Source of the DNA: a virus
Strand: one strand, 5' to 3'
IMG/VR virus record: IMGVR_UViG_3300008448_011290
DNA: 64,000 nt
Every line of letters begins with the position of its first letter. Within the stretch, counting starts at the first letter, position 1. Positions 56,980 to 64,000 of the stretch are shown here, one piece after another. The notes beneath the pieces were generated by a model. The model made no database searches, was not told the DNA's origin, and was given only the letters and a program-made list of their open reading frames with translations. Both the position numbers and the translations under genes were made by a program.

Positions 56980-58141
56980 TTTTTTCTCCGTAGTTTTTTA
57001 AACTCTGTTCTATTTTATTTAATGAATCTTTGTTGGCTTGATATAAAATTCCGTATCCACCCTTGTCCTGCCATTTCTGTATGTTGATAGGACGATCATC
57101 GATGAGTATGTTAGGTGTACCATTAGTTGTAGCATATTTTTCTTTTCTTCCAGTTACTATAGTCTCATCTGGCTGTTCTATGTTTTGATTGATCCAAATC
57201 TTTTTCCATTTAGCAGAGTTGTCATGGTCTCCTCTTAATGGAGATGTTAATATAGAGAATCTGCCGCTGGTGAATTTTTTAATCATACCAATCAGCGGAT
57301 CTGTTGTGGGGAATTTAGGTAGAGTTTCAAAAAAGTTTGTGCCTGTGATTCTATCGATCACATCTTGTCGTAGATCTTTAGTTTTATCTGATGCTAATTG
57401 TTTCCAATGACTTACTCCATAGAGTTTTTCCACTCCACCAAAGAAATCAGCCAGCACTCCATCCATGTCTAGGTAAACAGTTGGTTTACCATTTGCTTGT
57501 TCGGGCATTGCTTCATTATACAACTTTTCCGTGTTTGTTGCAACCTGCTCTTTAATGCCCATGGATTTTCTTAATTCTTTATATAATTCAGCACCAAATT
57601 TAGGATTTACCATACTCATAAAACTTTTTTGATCTCCTGCTGCTGCGGCTGCTCGAGCACCGCTGGCACTGATACCACTAACACCTTCCTGATCAGGATC
57701 TCTCTCGCCCGAGCTCACAACATCTATGCTGTCAAACTCAAAAGGTATATTACCTTTCTTATCAGGCTTCTTATTATACTGATTTAAGAATGTTCGAAAT
57801 TCGTTTACTCGATCTGAACCTGCTACCATAGTAATATTTCTATAACCACGGTTCATTAGTTCTTGTAATAATTGCACAATAGTTTTTACAGTGTCATCAC
57901 CATTAAAATTTACACCTGTGTACGTTTTTTGAAGATAACTTAATTTGTATTGGAATGACAGTGGATCTGTTTTGGGTTTTTGTGTTGAGCTGATGAATAT
58001 GGTATGGTCAGCACCTTTGGACTTGGCAGTATTGATCACTGTTTGAAATACAGCCTCATGTCCTAGTGTTGGTGGATTGTATCTGCCGAATGCAAAAACG
58101 ATGGAATCGTTCTTAGCTTCAAATAGTTCCTTTAGCCACAT
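56969..58141 (-). CDS. Fusion of a cytidylyltransferase-like (HxGH) domain and a HAD 5'(3')-deoxyribonucleotidase-like domain
   Basis: FGRYNPPTLGH...VAGSDR...GERDPD...ISAS, then YLDMDGVLADF...LIDDR..N. Start likely MWLKELFEA. Confidence 0.8.
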   Translation of the reverse strand: MWLKELFEAKNDSIVFAFGRYNPPTLGHEAVFQTVINTAKSKGADHTIFISSTQKPKTDPLSFQYKLSYLQKTYTGVNFNGDDTVKTIVQLLQELMNRGYRNITMVAGSDRVNEFRTFLNQYNKKPDKKGNIPFEFDSIDVVSSGERDPDQEGVSGISASGARAAAAAGDQKSFMSMVNPKFGAELYKELRKSMGIKEQVATNTEKLYNEAMPEQANGKPTVYLDMDGVLADFFGGVEKLYGVSHWKQLASDKTKDLRQDVIDRITGTNFFETLPKFPTTDPLIGMIKKFTSGRFSILTSPLRGDHDNSAKWKKIWINQNIEQPDETIVTGRKEKYATTNGTPNILIDDRPINIQKWQDKGGYGILYQANKDSLNKIEQSLKNYGEKNGN

Positions 58142-58472
58142 CGTACTCACCTTTTTTTATATTTTCAAATTCTCTGTCAGCAAGTACCTGTGCCACTTTA
58201 GTTCTAGTTTCTTGTGGGAACATGTCTTTGACATCTTCATTAGGTTTGCCAAATTCTTTAACATATTCTCTAGCGGCATCATCGACTAAAAGATTCCATT
58301 GTTTGGTAGCATTCTCGTGATTGTATCTATTAGAATTAACGTTTGTTTTTAAATCATGAACCAATGGCATGAATTTTTTTCTATATAAGTCTTCATTGTT
58401 ATTGATATAAAGATCTAATTCGTTGACTGCGTCAATGCTGGATTCTGCGATAAATTGATGAGCTCTTACCAT
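58119..58472 (-). CDS. Putative internal virion protein
   Basis: Start likely MVRAHQFIAE. Contains ELDLYINN..DLYRK. Confidence 0.65.
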   Translation of the reverse strand: MVRAHQFIAESSIDAVNELDLYINNNEDLYRKKFMPLVHDLKTNVNSNRYNHENATKQWNLLVDDAAREYVKEFGKPNEDVKDMFPQETRTKVAQVLADREFENIKKGEYDVAKGTI

Positions 58473-58873
58473 TTGCGACAACTCCAGTATCTTGCTTTGG
58501 TTCTTGGTCCTGGATTAGCACAGTTGTGTCTTGCTCGAAAACTCTTTCTTCTTCCTGGAATGTGTTTTTTGATTCTCATATTAGGATCACCAAAATTAAC
58601 TTTTTTTACATTACCAGTCTTGGGATCTTTTACATAAACTTTAAATTTTTTAACATCACCTTTCATTGGTTTGCCCAATGATACTTTTCTACCCCGATAT
58701 TCTGCTTCCCATAATTCCGTTTCTGGAAATCCTAGATATCCAAACATTTCATGAAAATCTTGATTATCTTCCACTGTGATTTCATCTGTTTCTGGCAGTG
58801 GTTCGTAAGCAGGTTCGGCTGCTATGCTGTCTAATCTAGTAAGCAGTACTTTGATATCTTGATAGTTGCTCAT
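58466..58873 (-). CDS. Conserved basic-domain phage protein
   Basis: LWE|AEYRGRKV...VNFGD...RKSFRARHNC...ARYWSC. TAAATA lies upstream. Confidence 0.75.
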   Translation of the reverse strand: MSNYQDIKVLLTRLDSIAAEPAYEPLPETDEITVEDNQDFHEMFGYLGFPETELWEAEYRGRKVSLGKPMKGDVKKFKVYVKDPKTGNVKKVNFGDPNMRIKKHIPGRRKSFRARHNCANPGPRTKARYWSCRKW

Positions 58874-58886
58874 ACCCTGTATTTAG

Positions 58887-59366
58887 CTAATACAGGTTCT
58901 CTAAAAGCCACATGTAAAATGGTGATGTAAATTCTAATTCCCAACGTCCATTATGACCCATAGCCGTAACATTTTTAAACGATTCTGGCAATTTATTACC
59001 TGCAGCCGCTTGTTCAGATGCCCATGGTTCTGGATATTTTGGAGTGTAAAGACCACTATAAATTAGTGAACCAATGTCTATTTCGTCTATTTCTATAGAT
59101 TTAATATGTAACAACTGATCTTTAACAATCTGACCGTTTTCAACCACAGTCTGTCGAGTATCTTTGCCAGATCGATTAATTATTAATCGATATTTTTCTC
59201 CTTCTTTTAATTCGTGCTCAAACTCTATAACAGTGGGTTCTTTTTCTGTGCTTTTTATTTCTTGATTGTAATGACTGTGATTGTTAATCAATATCTCTGC
59301 TCGAGGAGCCTTATCCCAATGAGTACTGTATAACTCTAATTTAAATTTTAATTTTTCAATCGACAT
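58887..59366 (-). CDS. Hypothetical protein
   Basis: 159 aa ending MGHNG.W.LEF.SPFY.WL. Confidence 0.7.
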   Translation of the reverse strand: MSIEKLKFKLELYSTHWDKAPRAEILINNHSHYNQEIKSTEKEPTVIEFEHELKEGEKYRLIINRSGKDTRQTVVENGQIVKDQLLHIKSIEIDEIDIGSLIYSGLYTPKYPEPWASEQAAAGNKLPESFKNVTAMGHNGRWELEFTSPFYMWLLENLY

Positions 59367-59544
59367 ATTTAAACTCTAATCCTGCTTTGGTTCCTACGTA
59401 TGGTTTATTTAAATCAGTACGGTGCATCTCTATGGTCATTGTGGTTCCTTCCACAGCTACTTTCATATAGCGATCCGTGCGGCTTAGCACATCAGCTCGT
59501 TTGGTTTTACCATTATCTATACAAACGATTTCTACCTGTTCCAT
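59356..59544 (-). CDS. Small hypothetical protein
   Basis: 62 aa with C.DNG and Y.G..AGLEF. Confidence 0.65.
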   Translation of the reverse strand: MEQVEIVCIDNGKTKRADVLSRTDRYMKVAVEGTTMTIEMHRTDLNKPYVGTKAGLEFKYVD

Positions 59545-59545
59545 G

Positions 59546-62179
59546 TTAAAATCTTCTTTCTACTTGTATACCAAAGCCTAGGTTGTTTTTACCTGTTTCT
59601 CCAGCTACATCTTTTCGATATTCCATATTGTATCTCATACTCCATTCCATATCAGATTCGCCTCTTTCAGTGTAATATAGTCCTAGGTTCTTTTCAGGAG
59701 TTCGAGTCTTTAGATTTGCTCTCACATCATTATAAAGAATATCTCCTTCTGCAGAAGTAGCATATGGCACTGATACTGTGGCAGAACCTTTAGTGATATA
59801 GTTAGGCAATCCTGCTGTTATACCCCAATTGCTGTTATCAGTTAAAGATTGTTCAAATCCAACTTTTAAGCTCTGTGATTGTAGAGTGTCGATATTCTTG
59901 ATCAAAGAATTGCCGGCAGTATTAACATTAGTATAACCTCGGCCTAAGTCAATGCTCCATCGATTTTTATCTTGAATATAATCCACACCAACCTGTGCAA
60001 AATTAGTGCTGTTATTATTGCCCACAGATAGAGCACCACTACTTTCATTACCCAACCAAGTAGTCTGTTCACTCATAGTACCTAGTGTAGTTCTCACAGC
60101 AACGTTAGGAGACACTCCAAATTTCTTAGTCACATGTGAGCTCCAGTCACCTTTGAAATCAGGATTGCTGGTCATACCCACTTTTAAATCATCCATAATA
60201 GCGAACTCTCCACCTTGATAAAAGTTACCAAATGCTTGTTGGAATGGTAGATAACTTAATCCATCTTGTTGAGCTTTTACATCACTGATTTTTCTTTTAT
60301 CTTTAACAGTAATACCTTGTGATAGATTCACATAGAAATCTCTAGAAAATTCATCTACAATCATCACACTGGATAAAGCGCCTGTATTTTTTAAAGAGCT
60401 AAGAGCCGAACCTGTACCACCACTAGTATTAAGTGTCGCAGTATTCACAGCACTAGTTGCTCTACCTGAAGTAGGAATACCCACTGCTCCTACAGGTTGT
60501 GTTGCTCGATCCAAATCCAACATACCAGCACCATTCACACTTGGATCATAATTTGGTATATTTTTATTTGCAGTGGTTGTTAATAACTTAACAACATTCT
60601 CGCCTTTCATGTACGGCCACATTTGGCTAACCAATGCTACACCACCAGTCACAATTGGTGCTGCCATGGATGTCCCATACATAGTGGTCACACCATTGTT
60701 TAAACTTGTACTTTGTACCACGCCTGGTGCCATTATATAGAAATCGCTAACTTTATATTTGTCAGCACATGTATTGGTAGCTGAAACATAATTTTGACAG
60801 ATAGATCCTGCTTTATTACTCCAACTGTAAAGTGTGCCTTTTTCATCGGCTGCACCCACGATCAACATACGACCGCCTAATAATAGATTGCCTGATGCAT
60901 CTGTAACTGTAGCAAAATATCCTGGATTAGCAGAAACTGGCAGTCCTTGGTTACCTGCCGCATTCACTACAACCATACCTCGATCTGTGACAGCTTTCCA
61001 TTCTGCAGGATCTTGCAAGTTATAATATCGTCCAGTACCATAGTTGTATCTAGAATCAGTGCTTCTATAAACACCTTTGCTGACACTTACTAAATTTTTA
61101 GTAAATGTGGAGTCATAATTTGTGTTAGCACTCACGTTACCTACCACAGCACCCTGATCAGCGGCCCATGCCAAACCTTGAGAGGCAGCACTTAAATTAA
61201 CCGAAGAGCCTGTGCCAATTTTAACCACAATTGCTTTAGAATCATAGGCTATACCTTGCGTACCGATATTATTTTTGAGAGCAACAATTTCTCCCAATAC
61301 GAAAGTACCGTGACCGTGTGTGTCATTGATACCTGTGCCTGTGTAATCTCGAGTAGCAACAACCTGCCCTTGCAAATCTGTGCTGTTCACAGCATAACCC
61401 GAGTCAGCCACTGCCACAGTTACACCCTTACCAGTCCAACCTCGTGCATAGGCTTTGTCGGCATTCACTAATGCACCTGCTTTGCCTGCGGCAAATTCTG
61501 AAGTTTGATAGAATGTAGGATTACTGTTGTAACCTGGTGTTGGCGTACCATTTGGGTTTGTAATTAAATTTGAAGCAGGTATAATTTCAGTTGCTGTTAA
61601 TACGCCTGGTGTATTATCTGTACTCGTTGTAATATTTTCTCTAGTGACTTTAATCTGTACAATAGATGTAGTTTTAATGTCTCTAACAAAAGTTTTTACT
61701 GCAGGTCCAACTTTAATTACAGGTTTGCCTACTGTGATTACTTCTTTGCCATTGACTATTTTAGAAGTTCTAGGAGTTGTAATTGTAGTAGTAATAACAT
61801 TAACATAAACTTTATCCGTCACTGTCTTTGGTGCAGTTATAGTAGTAACTTTTGGTGTAACCACAGTGGTAGTAGTGATACGTCTAGTGGTTCTAGTGGT
61901 GCTGCCATCTTTATTGTTCACGTTAGATACTACATCTTTACTTGATGTGTTTGTACTGATTGCTTTCTCTGAGGTAACGGTTGTTGTTTGAGAACCCAAA
62001 GAAGAAGATACATTTTTTTCAGTGAATTCTGATCCTTTGCTGACTTTAGTCTCAACAATGGGATTCAATGTCTTAACACCATTCGTAATCGGTGTTGCTG
62101 TTTTGGTTTGTGCAAAAGATGTTTCTGTATAAAACAATATAAAAGATATTGTGATTAATAGTTTTAATAAGTTTTTCAT
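59546..62179 (-). CDS. Secreted subtilisin-family (S8) protease with probable C-terminal beta-barrel (autotransporter-like)
   Basis: Signal peptide ending SFA|Q and a Thr-rich region. Catalytic triad VAVADSG / HGHGT / GTSMAAP. Amphipathic beta C-terminus ending in Phe. Confidence 0.85.
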   Translation of the reverse strand: MKNLLKLLITISFILFYTETSFAQTKTATPITNGVKTLNPIVETKVSKGSEFTEKNVSSSLGSQTTTVTSEKAISTNTSSKDVVSNVNNKDGSTTRTTRRITTTTVVTPKVTTITAPKTVTDKVYVNVITTTITTPRTSKIVNGKEVITVGKPVIKVGPAVKTFVRDIKTTSIVQIKVTRENITTSTDNTPGVLTATEIIPASNLITNPNGTPTPGYNSNPTFYQTSEFAAGKAGALVNADKAYARGWTGKGVTVAVADSGYAVNSTDLQGQVVATRDYTGTGINDTHGHGTFVLGEIVALKNNIGTQGIAYDSKAIVVKIGTGSSVNLSAASQGLAWAADQGAVVGNVSANTNYDSTFTKNLVSVSKGVYRSTDSRYNYGTGRYYNLQDPAEWKAVTDRGMVVVNAAGNQGLPVSANPGYFATVTDASGNLLLGGRMLIVGAADEKGTLYSWSNKAGSICQNYVSATNTCADKYKVSDFYIMAPGVVQSTSLNNGVTTMYGTSMAAPIVTGGVALVSQMWPYMKGENVVKLLTTTANKNIPNYDPSVNGAGMLDLDRATQPVGAVGIPTSGRATSAVNTATLNTSGGTGSALSSLKNTGALSSVMIVDEFSRDFYVNLSQGITVKDKRKISDVKAQQDGLSYLPFQQAFGNFYQGGEFAIMDDLKVGMTSNPDFKGDWSSHVTKKFGVSPNVAVRTTLGTMSEQTTWLGNESSGALSVGNNNSTNFAQVGVDYIQDKNRWSIDLGRGYTNVNTAGNSLIKNIDTLQSQSLKVGFEQSLTDNSNWGITAGLPNYITKGSATVSVPYATSAEGDILYNDVRANLKTRTPEKNLGLYYTERGESDMEWSMRYNMEYRKDVAGETGKNNLGFGIQVERRF

Positions 62180-62181
62180 TT

Positions 62182-62343
62182 TTATTTTTTATTGATTATA
62201 TCTGGAGTCAGCATATCCACTGTGTTCACTATGGTCTTACCTGCATATACCACTGCTGATCCTGTGACATCCACTACTGCCACGGTGGTAGAGCAGGCAT
62301 TTAAAAAAAAAGAAATAATAACGATTGATAATAATTTATTCAA
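62182..62343 (-). CDS. Small lipoprotein (53 aa, absent from ORF track)
   Basis: TTG start with SD GAGG. MNKLLSIVIISFFLNAC (lipobox LNA|C)...PDIINKK*. Confidence 0.7.
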   Translation of the reverse strand: MNKLLSIVIISFFLNACSTTVAVVDVTGSAVVYAGKTIVNTVDMLTPDIINKK

Positions 62344-62623
62344 TGTTTTCCTCTTTTTTAGAATTCTGTCTTGCTTCGTATTCTTCTTGTCTTTTTTTTG
62401 CTAATGTGTCTCTGATTTTATCCTGTTCTATCTGTTTCTTTTTTATGTCCAAAGGATCGTCTATTTCTTTGATAGAAACCAATCGAGCACCTAGGTATTC
62501 TTTTATTCTATTCGAAGCATCCTGCTCAGTGTCGGCATAGAACCAAGATTTTAATTTAATTCCATTCTCTAGCACACAATCAAATTGCCAAGCATGATTG
62601 ACACTGCTGTTGTTCATCTTCAT
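62336..62623 (-). CDS. Hypothetical protein
   Basis: Start refined to MKMNN (ATGA overlap). Confidence 0.6.
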   Translation of the reverse strand: MKMNNSSVNHAWQFDCVLENGIKLKSWFYADTEQDASNRIKEYLGARLVSIKEIDDPLDIKKKQIEQDKIRDTLAKKRQEEYEARQNSKKEENIE

Positions 62624-62802
62624 CGAACCAACCCCATGAGATACATACCTGCCAAGAAACACATCAAGCAAGTGGTGAATACATAGGCTCTCTTTTGAAT
62701 AGCATAACCATTTTCTTTCAAGATATGCACATGAACTTCCATGGTTTCAGGAGTCACTTTCACATCCACATATTCTAATTGATCTATATTTTTATTATCC
62801 AT
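62620..62802 (-). CDS. Small membrane-anchored protein
   Basis: C-terminal hydrophobic helix. First gene after the promoter at 62809-62836. Confidence 0.6.
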   Translation of the reverse strand: MDNKNIDQLEYVDVKVTPETMEVHVHILKENGYAIQKRAYVFTTCLMCFLAGMYLMGLVR

Positions 62803-62808
62803 ACTACA

Positions 62809-62836
62809 AGTATACAGTAGATATGGTAGAAGTCAA
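62809..62836 (-). promoter_or_regulatory. Sigma70-type promoter (TTGACT-16-TATACT), leaderless
   Basis: ATG 62802 lies 6 nt after the -10 box. Confidence 0.6.
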
Positions 62837-62888
62837 CGAGTTGATCTTAGATAAAAGTGTTCAAATTCAACGACTTAAATTGTGATCT

Positions 62889-63497
62889 CTAGTGATTATA
62901 AAGGATTTTTGTAACTGATGAACTAGCAGTGGTCCAATCATAGCATTTAGCTCGAACCCAAACAAAATTGCCAGTAAAATTATATGCGGCTACAGAAGTA
63001 CTGGTATCTGCTGTGAAAGTGGTTCCTGAAATATCAAACCAATCATCTTCTGTGGGAGTGGTTGCTAGACTGCCCTGCATCTTGATAGATCCATTAAAGT
63101 TATTGGCTGCTGTGTTAGATCCTGCTGACACATGATAGGCCACTGTGTGTATGCCATCCACATGTGAATAGTATCCATCGCCCTGATATTTCGCTGTTAC
63201 GAATCCCGTATGTGCTAAAGACATAGAAGCACCTGCAGATTCTGTGGTAACTGCCTCTTCTACAATAATATATGCTCCGTTGGTAGCCACACTTTTAACT
63301 GTGAATGTATTGTTGTTATTGGTTGAGCCAGATACAGTGATACGATCATACTGTGCCCAACCCGCCAAACTTAAAGTAGTGGTGTTGCTGGAATTTATTT
63401 TGTATTCAGTGCCTGTTTGTGAGAAACTGATCACGGTGCCACTCAATGTGGCTTTGTGTGATGCCGCGCTTCGTATTGTTGTGCTTGACTGTGCCAT
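62889..63497 (-). CDS. Putative virion structural protein
   Basis: Thr/Ser-rich beta protein with GDGYY, QGSLAT.P.EDDWFDI and NFTGNFVWVRA. TAAATA lies 6 nt upstream. Confidence 0.6.
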   Translation of the reverse strand: MAQSSTTIRSAASHKATLSGTVISFSQTGTEYKINSSNTTTLSLAGWAQYDRITVSGSTNNNNTFTVKSVATNGAYIIVEEAVTTESAGASMSLAHTGFVTAKYQGDGYYSHVDGIHTVAYHVSAGSNTAANNFNGSIKMQGSLATTPTEDDWFDISGTTFTADTSTSVAAYNFTGNFVWVRAKCYDWTTASSSVTKILYNH

Positions 63498-63502
63498 GGC
63501 AG

Positions 63503-63811
63503 TTATTTATGGCGTTTTTCTTTTCGGAATCTGGATGTTTTTGGTCCTAGGTTGTACACAGCGGCTAGATCCTGTGGTCTCATACCATCGATGGTTATAA
63601 TGTCATAATACATGATTTTTCTGTAGGGTACTTCTGCAGAATAATCAAATTCTTCATCTGCAATACAGTGATCATTGTGTAGCTCTTTGATACGCATGGC
63701 GGCACGCACTTGTATAGGTGTGCCCATATGATGTTTATCTATTATGGTTTCAATCATGGTGCCCACTTTAAATATATTCTTTTCTTTTAATTTTAATATA
63801 ACGTCTATCAT
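63503..63811 (-). CDS. Hypothetical protein
   Basis: 102 aa with I.TIDGM.P..LA..YNL. Confidence 0.65.
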   Translation of the reverse strand: MIDVILKLKEKNIFKVGTMIETIIDKHHMGTPIQVRAAMRIKELHNDHCIADEEFDYSAEVPYRKIMYYDIITIDGMRPQDLAAVYNLGPKTSRFRKEKRHK

Positions 63812-64000
63812 TTGGATACCTTTACAAATTTTATAACTTTTTCTATAGCTTCTTGTGCTATCATGTATATAGGAGTCAACATCTTTTCATCTCGCACATA
63901 AAAATAACCTTGCCATCCGTATTGGCTGGCTCCTTCTAAATATTCTTTTACATACTTGCCTGTTATTAGACAATTTTCTGGATTTTGATTTAGATATCTA
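63808..64000 (-). CDS. C-terminal end of a hypothetical protein (partial)
   Basis: Open frame ...GYFYVRDEKMLT...KVSK* with an ATGA overlap at 63808-63811. Confidence 0.6.
   Translation of the reverse strand, partial: RYLNQNPENCLITGKYVKEYLEGASQYGWQGYFYVRDEKMLTPIYMIAQEAIEKVIKFVKVSK

Noticed and set aside
1-64000. Stop-codon reassignment, tRNA/rRNA genes, CRISPR array, transposase or integrase
   Set aside because: Genes are full length in the standard code and end in TAA, TGA or TAG. Intergenic gaps are tiny and are explained by promoters or small ORFs. No such elements were recognised by eye.

Overview
This AT-rich, densely coding 64 kb window looks like a segment of a large tailed dsDNA phage with T4-like features: a family B DNA polymerase, a probable sliding clamp, a T4 RNase H-type nuclease, a GH19 endolysin and TATAAATA/TAAATA late-promoter motifs. 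The host is probably Gram-negative. The + strand (1-21173) carries tail-fibre and structural genes, followed by a ~16 kb operon. That operon holds four glycosyltransferase-like genes, five near-tandem radical SAM paralogues with an N-terminal SPASM/twitch-type domain, two SGNH-like proteins, a NodU/CmcH carbamoyltransferase, an NAD epimerase and a DegT aminotransferase. The - strand (21170-64000) carries a second epimerase, a PIG-L deacetylase, a MoxR/vWA pair and RNase H. It also carries a replication-linked 7-deazaguanine cluster: a DpdA/TGT-like transglycosylase, FolE, QueE, a QueD-fold protein with an LxxxHRHxF motif, a GT-B glycosyltransferase, GalE, GuaC and Gpt, with no QueC or canonical QueD in the window. 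Further along are polB, a block of probable capsid-internal proteins with shared N-terminal motifs, Dps, the endolysin, a divergent PurD and a subtilase with a probable outer-membrane beta-barrel. The two best candidates for undescribed systems are (1) a possibly glycosylated deazaguanine DNA modification coupled to guanine-pool remodelling and (2) the radical-SAM/aminosugar operon. No tRNA, rRNA, CRISPR array or transposase was seen. All family calls come from reading motifs by eye, not from database searches. Several start codons are refined from the ORF track using gene overlaps and promoter positions.
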